Shown: positions 55,752 to 64,000 of the stretch, in pieces
Layout: each line of letters starts with the position of its first letter
Position numbering within the stretch: position 1 is the stretch's first letter
IMG/VR virus record: IMGVR_UViG_3300023210_000015
Location: 1-64,000 of that record
DNA length: 64,000 bases
DNA from: a virus
Reading direction: 5' to 3' (one strand)
Notes under the pieces: model-generated
What the model was told of the DNA's origin: nothing
Seen by the model: the letters and a program-made list of their open reading frames with translations, nothing else
Databases searched by the model: none
Translations under genes and position numbers: made by a program

Positions 55752-56420
55752 ATGGACGCAAAGTTCTATACAAACAAGATTAAAGTAGCGCAAGACCCAG
55801 ATGGATTCCAGAATTTCGTCAAAAAGATTCTTCATAAAGACGAAGAGGTTGTAAAGACCGCTTCTGCTGAAGAAGTCAAAACTGCCGAACAGGATGAAGC
55901 TGACAGTAGCGGTCAACCAGAAGCTGAAGCAAAATTAGTTAACACCCCTGAAAAGGAAGGTGGCAAAGGTAAGGGAAGCGCCGCTGGCGGCAAATGCTGC
56001 GAAGAAGGCGAAGATAGTGGACAACCTAAAGCCGAAGCCAAGTTAGTTAACCATCCTAAAGTAGAGTGTGAAGGCGAAGAAGAAGTGAAGACTGCTAAAG
56101 CCAAAGATGAGGACGAAGAAGAAGACGAAGATAAAGAAGAGAAGACCGCCGAAGTCAAAGAAGCTGGCGAATTGCCAGAAGCTTTGAAAAAGCATCAGTT
56201 TAAAGCTAAAGGCGATAAAGATGATGATGACGACGACGATGACGACGATGATAAAGATGACGATAAGGATGACGACGAGAAGGAAGACAAAGAGGCTAAA
56301 AGCGTTATTAAGATCGAAAAAGTAGCTAAATTGAATTCGCCTACCCGCGAAATGTTGAAAGAATATTGGCTTAACATCTTCCCTCCTGAATATGTAGAAG
56401 CAATGCTTGCTGAAAAGTAA
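55752..56420 (+). CDS. Highly acidic scaffold-like protein with many K-x-A motifs
   Basis: AGGAG RBS; KVAQ, KTAS, KTAE, KTAK, KEAG; poly-Asp; duplicated SGQP.AEAKLVN.P. Confidence 0.65.
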   Translation: MDAKFYTNKIKVAQDPDGFQNFVKKILHKDEEVVKTASAEEVKTAEQDEADSSGQPEAEAKLVNTPEKEGGKGKGSAAGGKCCEEGEDSGQPKAEAKLVNHPKVECEGEEEVKTAKAKDEDEEEDEDKEEKTAEVKEAGELPEALKKHQFKAKGDKDDDDDDDDDDDKDDDKDDDEKEDKEAKSVIKIEKVAKLNSPTREMLKEYWLNIFPPEYVEAMLAEK

Positions 56421-56463
56421 GAACAAATAGTTATACATAGTCAGGTAATTTTGGAGAACAGTT

Positions 56464-57225
56464 ATGCCTATTCTTCCTAGCGGCAAAAAACGAATTATGG
56501 AAGCTCAGTCCTCATTGGGGCTTGGGAACGAATGGGGCACCCAAGAGTTGGGTGCGCCTAGCGATTATCCTATGCCACAAAAGGAAGTGAAACCAGACTT
56601 GGATACGGATTTGGATATAAATCAAGATGATGGAGGAGTTGATATTACTAAAAATGTAAAAGATTCTCCCCCTCAAGTTGAAGAGTATATTTTTAAAGTC
56701 CTTGAAGGTTGGGGTTATCCTCCTCGCCGTATCGAAGAGTTTTCTGATGAATTTATTACTGAGGAAATGTTTCCTGGCGGTGCAAAAGAAGTTACTATTA
56801 CACTGCCTGATCGTCTTTACGGCACTAAGAAAAGATTGCCTGACGGTGAAATATCGAAAATGGTTAATAAGATTCAAGAGCAGTTCGGCCTTGTGCTGAC
56901 AAAAGCTTCGAGAGCGAAAAAGAAAGTCATTATGGACTTTACTGCTTCTGTAGAAAATGAACAACCTGGAGCCGAAGAAGAGGAAGCCATGATGGGCGAT
57001 GATCTCGATGAAATTTTTGGTGGCGATCATAAAGGACCAGGCGGAAAAAAGGTAAGAGAGAAAGAGAATAAAAGAAAAGCCTCAACAATTCAAGAGATCA
57101 TGAAGATGGGGCGAAAAGATTTAGTAGACAAATTGGTGCAGATTGCTGATGATGCTGGTTTTACAAGTAGATTGAATGATAAACGCCATGCAATGCTAGA
57201 TTCTTTATTTCAGGAGAATAAATAA
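56464..57225 (+). CDS. Hypothetical head-module protein
   Basis: GGAG RBS. Confidence 0.6.
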   Translation: MPILPSGKKRIMEAQSSLGLGNEWGTQELGAPSDYPMPQKEVKPDLDTDLDINQDDGGVDITKNVKDSPPQVEEYIFKVLEGWGYPPRRIEEFSDEFITEEMFPGGAKEVTITLPDRLYGTKKRLPDGEISKMVNKIQEQFGLVLTKASRAKKKVIMDFTASVENEQPGAEEEEAMMGDDLDEIFGGDHKGPGGKKVREKENKRKASTIQEIMKMGRKDLVDKLVQIADDAGFTSRLNDKRHAMLDSLFQENK

Positions 57226-57908
57226 TGATTCAAAAGAATAAAAATTCCGAATCCATTAACTTCTTATTTAATGCTGTTACTGGTGGCGATCAAGAAGAAA
57301 AGATTGCTGAAAACGAAGAGAAACCACCAGTTAAGATAGAAAAGGCAAAGAAACTAGATAACAATGAAGCTGTTGCTTCTAGATTCAGTAATGCTATTTT
57401 GTCTGCTGGTCAAGGGAATATCACCAATATGGGTGGGCCACAGAAACAAATAGGTTCTGAGACGAACAATAGCATTTGGGATTCAGGAATTCTTGAAAAA
57501 CTTGCGGGGACACCAAGTAATAAAGAAAAGACTATCGAATCGAAAGAGGAAATAGAAAATTTGCGTAATTCTATGAAATCTGGAAGAATAGACGAAATGG
57601 TAGAATCTCTAAAAGAAACAGATCAGCGCAAAGACGCTACTGTTACTGGAATGTCAGAGTATACCGAAAGAGATACAAGAGATTATAAGCTTCCTTCCAG
57701 AAATATTAGCATATTTGATACTAAAGAGGAAATGGATTTTCGCAGAGTGCCTGAGAAAACGGCTGGCGAACTGTCTATAGAAGAAGCCGGTATCCCAAAA
57801 GAAAAAGATGAATCTTGGAAAGATATCAAAGGCGCCCCTAGACTGAAAAATACATTAGATACATTATTTGACAATTTAACAAAAGAAGATGATCAAAATC
57901 AGCAATAA
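57225..57908 (+). CDS. Hypothetical head-module protein
   Basis: AGGAG RBS; TAATG coupling. Confidence 0.6.
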   Translation: MIQKNKNSESINFLFNAVTGGDQEEKIAENEEKPPVKIEKAKKLDNNEAVASRFSNAILSAGQGNITNMGGPQKQIGSETNNSIWDSGILEKLAGTPSNKEKTIESKEEIENLRNSMKSGRIDEMVESLKETDQRKDATVTGMSEYTERDTRDYKLPSRNISIFDTKEEMDFRRVPEKTAGELSIEEAGIPKEKDESWKDIKGAPRLKNTLDTLFDNLTKEDDQNQQ

Positions 57909-59133
57909 CTTAGAGCAGATTGAAATCGCTAATGCCGCATTACAAGCGATTCAGCCTGAAAATGTACCGCCTGAATTTGAACAAGCAGGCAATGCAGCAG
58001 TTGCAATCGATTTTCTGCAAAGACAGGTAACAGAATTGCAACAAGTAGAAAATACTATTCAGGCCACATTGACTAATGCTAATGCCGTGTTGATAAATAA
58101 GCAGAATTTAATGAATCAACAACAGGCTGGCCAAACTGCTCCGATTGCACCTGTTATGTCGAAATCGAAAAGATTTAATTTAAAGATTGCTCAAATGGCA
58201 CCGCCTTTGGCCCCGCCGCTTGAACAACAAGAATTAAAAACCGACATGAATGTACCGATGGAACCCACAATGTCTGATATGAATTTGAGGACAGCGAATG
58301 ACTTAAAAAATTGGATTGATAGTTTTGAGGATCGTTCAGAGGCTGAAAGAGAATTGATAGAGTTGGTACCTGACAATCAAAAAGAAATTGTTGTTGATGC
58401 GTTGGAAGAATACTTTGAAAGTGATTTAACCGAAGAACAAAGATTGGAAATCGCAGTAAAATTATGGCCGATACTTCCTGATATTATAAAGGAAGATAAC
58501 CCTGATATACAGGAGAATATTATGGAATTTCCTTATGTGAAAGCTGAAGACATAGAGAAATTGGTGAAAGAAACCGATAGCCAAATTAAAAAAATGGCTT
58601 CTCAAGATGTCAAAACATCGAAAAAATTTAATCTACAAAAAACCGCTCAACAAAAGTCTATGGAAAATGTGATCCTTTTTGGCCCACAACAGACATATGT
58701 TGACCCGTTCCTAAGACAGCCTGCTTCTGATTGGAGTCTTATAGAGCGTAATAAAGGCTTTGGTCTTGTTGTAGACGATGTTTGGAATATCGATTGGGAA
58801 TCTGTTTGGCGCGGTAATATTATGGACAAATATTCTCGTCCTTATAGGGATAAGGATGGCAAATGGGTTGGTGGCTATATTCAAAAGCGTTTTGAAGTAG
58901 ATAAATGGATACCTGAAAAGAATAATATGCAATTATTGCCTGGTCAGCGGAGAAAACCTCGTTTGCCAGAGCAAGGCGTTATAGAAGGCCGTTTAGAAGC
59001 CATGAGAGCGAAGAACGAAAGAGGGTATGAACCTAATTCTACTGGCGAACCTTATGACTGGGATAAAAAAGAACAGTTTGCTCCTATTTCAAAAACTGCT
59101 AGTTTCAACCTAAAAAAAAAACTGAGCGCGTAG
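57889..59133 (+). CDS. Hypothetical head-module protein, probably extended by a -1 frameshift to 59591
   Basis: Repeated FNL..K-x-AQ motifs; A10 run at 59112-59121. Confidence 0.65.
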   Translation: MIKISNNLEQIEIANAALQAIQPENVPPEFEQAGNAAVAIDFLQRQVTELQQVENTIQATLTNANAVLINKQNLMNQQQAGQTAPIAPVMSKSKRFNLKIAQMAPPLAPPLEQQELKTDMNVPMEPTMSDMNLRTANDLKNWIDSFEDRSEAERELIELVPDNQKEIVVDALEEYFESDLTEEQRLEIAVKLWPILPDIIKEDNPDIQENIMEFPYVKAEDIEKLVKETDSQIKKMASQDVKTSKKFNLQKTAQQKSMENVILFGPQQTYVDPFLRQPASDWSLIERNKGFGLVVDDVWNIDWESVWRGNIMDKYSRPYRDKDGKWVGGYIQKRFEVDKWIPEKNNMQLLPGQRRKPRLPEQGVIEGRLEAMRAKNERGYEPNSTGEPYDWDKKEQFAPISKTASFNLKKKLSA

Positions 59134-59591
59134 CTCAATTAGCGCCTTTACAAGACCCTTTTGCTGACAAATCTCGTAGGCCAAAAGGGTCTGAGTATTT
59201 CGAGGGAAAAAAACCAGATGTAAAAGCACAATATATGTGTAGTGCTTGTGACGCTCAAAACCCATCTCCTTCTGACGGTGTAATTCCAACTACATGTTCG
59301 TGTGGAAAATACCCGTGGTCCGAAGTCGCCGTTTTAACAACAGGCAAGAACGCACCTGATCAGCCTGGTTCTGGAAATGGTGGTAATAAGGAGATGTTGA
59401 TTAGACCAATTATGCCGTTAGCTGGCAAAAAGAAAAAGCATGATATTCCACCAGAATATACTGATTGTGGAGTTGAGGAATGTAAAACTGATGAATTTAA
59501 GATGATGAAAAATCCAAAATCCGATAAGAAAAGGGAAGATTTTTGGAAAGATATTTTGAATAGTTCCGATTTTCTTGCTATCGATGGATAA
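59121..59591 (+). CDS. -1 frame extension with a zinc-ribbon (CSAC...CSCG)
   Basis: Frame is open from the A10 run (TERVAQLAPLQDPF...) into the ORF annotated at 59235. Confidence 0.55.
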   Translation, partial: TERVAQLAPLQDPFADKSRRPKGSEYFEGKKPDVKAQYMCSACDAQNPSPSDGVIPTTCSCGKYPWSEVAVLTTGKNAPDQPGSGNGGNKEMLIRPIMPLAGKKKKHDIPPEYTDCGVEECKTDEFKMMKNPKSDKKREDFWKDILNSSDFLAIDG

Positions 59592-59604
59592 AGGAAAATA
59601 AAAA

Positions 59605-62600
59605 ATGCCTATAAAATTTTCAATGAATGATAGAAAGCCCCAAAACACAGGGCACTCTACGACTTCTCGTGGATATCATTCTGCCGGTTCGCCATCATCT
59701 GTTGTGGATAATGGTCGTTATGTTAGCGGCATGGTTGCTCAAACACCAATCACACAATCTTTTTCTTCCAAAACTGCACAAACGATGTCAAGCGGTGGTG
59801 GAAGCGCTGCGAATGTTATGTATGGACAACCCATGTTCTTCTCTCCTTTGCATACTCCGCAAAACTGGCAAATCGCCAGTAAAAGACGAGAGATTTATCA
59901 GTGGGCTAGATTCTACTACGAAAATGAACCAAAGATTTCCGCAGGCATAGATTTCTACTCGCAATTCCCTATGAATGGGTTTACTCTTGAATGCAAAGAC
60001 AAAAAGATACTCAACTTCTTCAACAGAACTTCAAAGAGAGTGAAACTAAATTATTGGGTAAAGGCCATAAGCTTTGAAAACTTCCTGTTGGGTGATGTCT
60101 TCCCATTTGTGGAATACGAATGCGAACATTGTGGTGGCTCTGGTTACAAATCCAATGGGGAAGTGTGTAATCACCCTGGCGGAACTATTAAATCGATTAA
60201 GATATTGAACCCTGATTGGATTACAGTTCACAGTTCTCCAATGGCTTCTGACCCTGTATATGTACTAGAACCTGATGATGAACTGAAAAGCATTGTCGCT
60301 TCTAAAAGACCTGTAGAGATTTATGAAAAAATGCCACCAGGACTAATTCAAGCAATTTCTTCTGGTCAGCCAATTCGTTTGTCTAATAGATGTATCAGTC
60401 ATGTAAAGCATCAAGGTAGTACATACGGAACATATGGTACATCGTTGGTCAGAAGAAACTTCACTTACTTGGCATATAAAACCAAATTGATGACAGCCAA
60501 CTGGATTGTAGCAGAAAGACTAGTGTTGCCAGTTAGAGTTGTTAAAATCGGTAGTGAAAATCGTCCAGCCACTCAAGCGGATATCGCAGATGTTTCTAAC
60601 CAAATCGCAGCAGTTGTAAACGATCCGAACCTAACACTTGTAACTCACCACAACTTTGAATACGAGTGGTACGGGGCCTGTTATGATCAAAACACTAAAG
60701 TATTGACAAATAAGGGGTTACAAAAATATACCGACATCATACACGAAGAAGTAGGCATTGATGGAGAAATAGTTAAAAAAATTAATGACGATGTGGACAT
60801 TATGGTTTTTGATCCAAAAACTGGTAAAATGAGACTGGAAAAACCAATTGAATTTCATGAATATGATTATAATGGATGGATGAATCATATTACAGGTAAT
60901 AAAGTAGATATGTGTGTTACACCAAATCATACCATGTTAGGTTATAAACGTGATAAAAAAACCGCTTATTCTATGGAAGCAAAAGATTTTTATAAACTTA
61001 ATGAATGTGATAGGTATGTAAGATGCTGTGGAGATTTTGCGACAGATACTAAAAAAACAATTAAAATAGGTGATTACGAATTCGATACTGATAATTTTTT
61101 GAAATTTTTAGGATATTTTCTTTCTGAGGGGTATACGACCTACAATACAGAAAAATTTCAATATGTTTTATCTGTTTCGCAGAGCAATATCAAAAATGCT
61201 AATATTTGTAAAGAAATTGATGACTGTTTTAATGGTTTGAATATGTCATTCAAAAAATATGATAATAAAAAAGGCATGTATGCATGGAACATTATGTCAA
61301 AAGATTTTGTTAAGGAAATGAAAAAATATTTTGGTAAAAATGCTTATACGAAAAAAATTCCAGACTTTATTAAGAATTTACCACCACGACAACTAAAAAT
61401 ATTAATTGATGCTTTTTGCAAAGGAGATGCCACTTATTACAACTATAAACACGGTACGACTGGCGTTCAAATAGGAACGGTAAGTGAACAATTGTCGGTT
61501 GATTTACTTGAGATATTGTTTAAAGCCGGTTTCAGCCCGATATTAAGCAATTATAAAAAGAAAAATCCTTCAGGTAGCATTTCTCATATGATATACTGTA
61601 ATTTGTCTGAAGAAAGCAAGGGTAGATTTCCAAGAATTAAAGATAAACATTGTCAAACAGAATATTATGATGGAAAAGTGTGGTGTTTTGAAACATCAAC
61701 TGGTTTTTTTGTCACAGAAAGAAATGGAAAATTTGCCATTCAAGGTAATACTGGCAAGATTCATCAAATTACTAATGAGTTAGAACAAATTGGTAAAGAA
61801 ATATTAGATGGCTTCATGCTGAACCAAGCTATCTTAAACGGTGAAATGGGAGGTTACAGTAGTGCCCAAGTCGGTATCGAAGTAATGATACATCGCCTAG
61901 AAAGCTGGCGTAACAGTTTATCTGAGTGGGTTGAAAATAACATCTTCTTACCTATTGCTATGATGCAAGGATTTAAGGATGTTGACGAAAGCAAAGAAGC
62001 TGGCGAAACAGTATGGTTATATCCTAAACTGAAATGGAATGATCTCAATTTGAGAGATCGTACCAGCTATAGACAGGTTCTTATTCAATTGCATGACAAA
62101 GGATTGATTTCTACTCAAACCTTACTTGAAGAATTTGATATTGATTATGATCAGGAAATTCAGAGAAGGAGAGAGGAAACTGCATTGGCTACAGAAAGTG
62201 GTCAGTTCTTAGGCCAGCCTCCTGCCGCTGGCGGTATGGGCGGTATGCCACCTATGGGCGGCGATTTAGGCGGCGGTATGCCACCTATGGGCGGCGATCT
62301 AGGTGGCGGTATGCCTCCTGCGGGCGGTGAAATGGGCGGAATGCCAGGCGGTGAAATGGGCGGAATGCCAGTGGCACCAGCCGGTGGGGCTGTAGCTGCC
62401 GCTGCTCAACCAGTTTCTCCACCACCTAATTTTATGGTGCAAAAACGAGGTAAAGGACAATCTGCTCAAGAGCAAATGCAACCTGTACAGCCGAATATCA
62501 AACCAATGCCATTGACTACGTTAGAACAGTCGATGTTGAAGGCTCTACGCAATATGTCTGATAAGATTCCATATCAATTGTTTGGTCAATATAAGGTAGC

Positions 62601-63000
62601 TATGCCGAATCAGCCGCAACCTTTCGTGATTGATTTCGCCTATCCAGATGTTGGGGTTGGCGTTGAGACTGATGGAGAAATTTGGCATGAACAGGCAACG
62701 TCCAGAGCTAGAGATCAGCAAAGAGATCAAAAACTTGCCAATGTTGGATGGCGTATATTGAGATTCAATGAAACTGCGGTTAATGACCATATAATTGATG
62801 TCTCTAAAATTATTTATAATAATGTGATGCAGGCAACAAAAGAAAGAAATGCCAGAAATAAAAAAGCTGGTAAAGATGAAAAGTTGATTAAAGAAGCCCA
62901 ACAGCTATTAACATTTGAAAACATAAAAGAGGAAGATTTGAAATTTCAAAGAATAGACATGGAGAATAATCTAGGTTATATAGTTTTGGTTGGGGTATAA
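59605..63000 (+). CDS. Portal protein with an intein, Gly/Met/Pro-rich linker and C-terminal DUF559 nuclease domain
   Basis: Portal-like segments (WARFYYENEP..AGIDFYS.FP, ILNPD.I, YGTSLV, I..GFMLNQAIL.GE..YS, PKLKWNDLNL.D) in a terminase-linked module; IDFAYP...VETDG..WH...RD..RD..L...GWRILRF. Confidence 0.75.
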   Translation: MPIKFSMNDRKPQNTGHSTTSRGYHSAGSPSSVVDNGRYVSGMVAQTPITQSFSSKTAQTMSSGGGSAANVMYGQPMFFSPLHTPQNWQIASKRREIYQWARFYYENEPKISAGIDFYSQFPMNGFTLECKDKKILNFFNRTSKRVKLNYWVKAISFENFLLGDVFPFVEYECEHCGGSGYKSNGEVCNHPGGTIKSIKILNPDWITVHSSPMASDPVYVLEPDDELKSIVASKRPVEIYEKMPPGLIQAISSGQPIRLSNRCISHVKHQGSTYGTYGTSLVRRNFTYLAYKTKLMTANWIVAERLVLPVRVVKIGSENRPATQADIADVSNQIAAVVNDPNLTLVTHHNFEYEWYGACYDQNTKVLTNKGLQKYTDIIHEEVGIDGEIVKKINDDVDIMVFDPKTGKMRLEKPIEFHEYDYNGWMNHITGNKVDMCVTPNHTMLGYKRDKKTAYSMEAKDFYKLNECDRYVRCCGDFATDTKKTIKIGDYEFDTDNFLKFLGYFLSEGYTTYNTEKFQYVLSVSQSNIKNANICKEIDDCFNGLNMSFKKYDNKKGMYAWNIMSKDFVKEMKKYFGKNAYTKKIPDFIKNLPPRQLKILIDAFCKGDATYYNYKHGTTGVQIGTVSEQLSVDLLEILFKAGFSPILSNYKKKNPSGSISHMIYCNLSEESKGRFPRIKDKHCQTEYYDGKVWCFETSTGFFVTERNGKFAIQGNTGKIHQITNELEQIGKEILDGFMLNQAILNGEMGGYSSAQVGIEVMIHRLESWRNSLSEWVENNIFLPIAMMQGFKDVDESKEAGETVWLYPKLKWNDLNLRDRTSYRQVLIQLHDKGLISTQTLLEEFDIDYDQEIQRRREETALATESGQFLGQPPAAGGMGGMPPMGGDLGGGMPPMGGDLGGGMPPAGGEMGGMPGGEMGGMPVAPAGGAVAAAAQPVSPPPNFMVQKRGKGQSAQEQMQPVQPNIKPMPLTTLEQSMLKALRNMSDKIPYQLFGQYKVAMPNQPQPFVIDFAYPDVGVGVETDGEIWHEQATSRARDQQRDQKLANVGWRILRFNETAVNDHIIDVSKIIYNNVMQATKERNARNKKAGKDEKLIKEAQQLLTFENIKEEDLKFQRIDMENNLGYIVLVGV
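60679..61749 (+). mobile_element. Intein with LAGLIDADG endonuclease in the portal (357 aa)
   Basis: Starts CYDQNTKVLT, contains VTPNH, FLGYFLSEG, LIDAFCKGD, ends VWCFETSTGFFVTERNGKFAIQGN before T. Confidence 0.9.
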
Positions 63001-63001
63001 T

Positions 63002-63427
63002 ATGTCTTTCAATTTAACAAAACAGGCTGGTGGTCCAAAGCGGATCAGAGATCGCGGTATTCGATGGCACGAAGCATATCACGAAAAGTCTAAAGGTGTG
63101 AAGAAAAAATTTAACAAAGAACTTGGTGAAGGTTCTTATTATCGCTGGGAAGGTCACGACTATACTACATTTAGTGATTATTTTGTAGTTGTTGGACCAG
63201 CCAAACAAAGATATGGTCAAAAATCATATTTCGCTGGTATTAAAAAATTACCGCCACGAGGAAGTCGTAAAAAAGTTTATGCACCATCTGGTGAGTATTT
63301 TTCTACAATTCTTTCTGCTCTAAGTCATGCTAGTAAAATGTGGGGTCTTCCTTTTCCTAAAAATCAGCACAATTATACTGCCGATGATTTGGAAAACATT
63401 TATATCCCACGACACGTTAAAGGATAA
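63002..63427 (+). CDS. Hypothetical protein (MSFNLTKQAGG...)
   Basis: Likely start ATG 63002; FNL..K-x-A leader. Confidence 0.6.
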   Translation: MSFNLTKQAGGPKRIRDRGIRWHEAYHEKSKGVKKKFNKELGEGSYYRWEGHDYTTFSDYFVVVGPAKQRYGQKSYFAGIKKLPPRGSRKKVYAPSGEYFSTILSALSHASKMWGLPFPKNQHNYTADDLENIYIPRHVKG

Positions 63428-63638
63428 AAAATCCCGCAAACAAAAAGAGGATTTTTCTATCATCTTGTGTAATATGGAATTAAGCGAGACGCCCGAATTG
63501 TAATTATGCACTAGAACGAAAAGGGAACAAATAGTCCTTAAAGTTTGATTAAATAGCAGATTTAAGCCCTTTTAAGAAATCGCAGTCAAGATGAACAGTA
63601 AACACGAAACTATTTTTTACACTGCGAAAGGGTAAAAT

Positions 63639-63998
63639 ATGATAGGGGCAACTAAAAAAACAGAGCCTAAAAATAAAAAGGGAGTCAAAGGAACTAGTGG
63701 TAATGGAGATTCCTTTAGACTTTCCGGCGGCGGTATGAAATTTGTTACATTAGTCATTGTGTGTATTTTAGCTATTGGAAGTACAGTTTATAATATCGCT
63801 AGTGCTTATGGCCAAATCGATACAATAAAAAATCATCAAGAAATACATTGTAAAAAATTTGATGATGTCGATAAACATGTAGAAAGAAATGAAAACAAAA
63901 TAGATCGTATGGCTGAAAAACAAGCAGAGATGGCTGGCGACGTAAAAGTTATTAGAACTTTATTAGAACAAGCCACGAAACCAACACCTAATAAATAA
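63639..63998 (+). CDS. Membrane protein with one TM segment and a coiled coil (holin/hemolysin XhlA-like architecture)
   Basis: FVTLVIVCILAIGSTVY followed by a heptad pattern. Confidence 0.45.
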   Translation: MIGATKKTEPKNKKGVKGTSGNGDSFRLSGGGMKFVTLVIVCILAIGSTVYNIASAYGQIDTIKNHQEIHCKKFDDVDKHVERNENKIDRMAEKQAEMAGDVKVIRTLLEQATKPTPNK

Positions 63999-64000
63999 GG

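Noticed and set aside
42430-62370. CRISPR array
   Set aside because: All tandem repeats (42430, 49168, 55252, 62230) are spacer-less, in-frame coding repeats, and no cas genes are present.
1-64000. Genome-wide stop-codon reassignment (TAG or TGA)
   Set aside because: Long genes are intact in code 11, and TAG and TGA end many genes at natural C-termini (pncB TAG, ATGA overlaps). No CTA or TCA suppressor tRNA is in the window. Only isolated in-frame stops were seen.

Overview
This is an AT-rich 64 kb segment of a large (jumbo-type) tailed dsDNA bacteriophage genome. A FliA/WhiG-like sigma factor, an HNH protein, a GT9 protein and a TIGR03790-like protein resemble Planctomycetota/PVC homologues, which suggests the host (inference from memory, not a search). 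Left to right: (1) the end of an RNA-ligase-like gene, a radical SAM gene, a miniature RNase P RNA, an HNH gene, tRNAs and NADAR; (2) a ~15 kb glycan-building island (GT9, Stealth, three NodZ/GT11-like genes, several sulfotransferases, GT25, deacetylase, SGNH, radical SAMs); (3) a tRNA region; (4) vWA, lysozyme, a pncA-pncB-nadE NAD salvage operon, sigma factor, macrodomain, AAA ATPase, class II RNR with an intein, and dUTPase; (5) a head module with large terminase, many K-x-A-motif proteins and an intein-containing portal fused to a DUF559 nuclease. The most striking candidate system is translation-sensing control of the phage tRNA supply. An unannotated 36-codon leader peptide ends in 15 consecutive Leu/Ser/Cys codons and overlaps alternative antiterminator/terminator hairpins. 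It sits directly upstream of an array holding only Leu, Ser and Cys tRNAs, and every tRNA has a cognate codon in that run. The array also carries an RF1-type release factor that needs a prfB-style CUU-UGA +1 frameshift. A second, Tyr-rich leader precedes D-arm-less, pseudoknotted tRNA-Tyr-like RNAs. All family calls come from motif recognition by eye; no database search was run.
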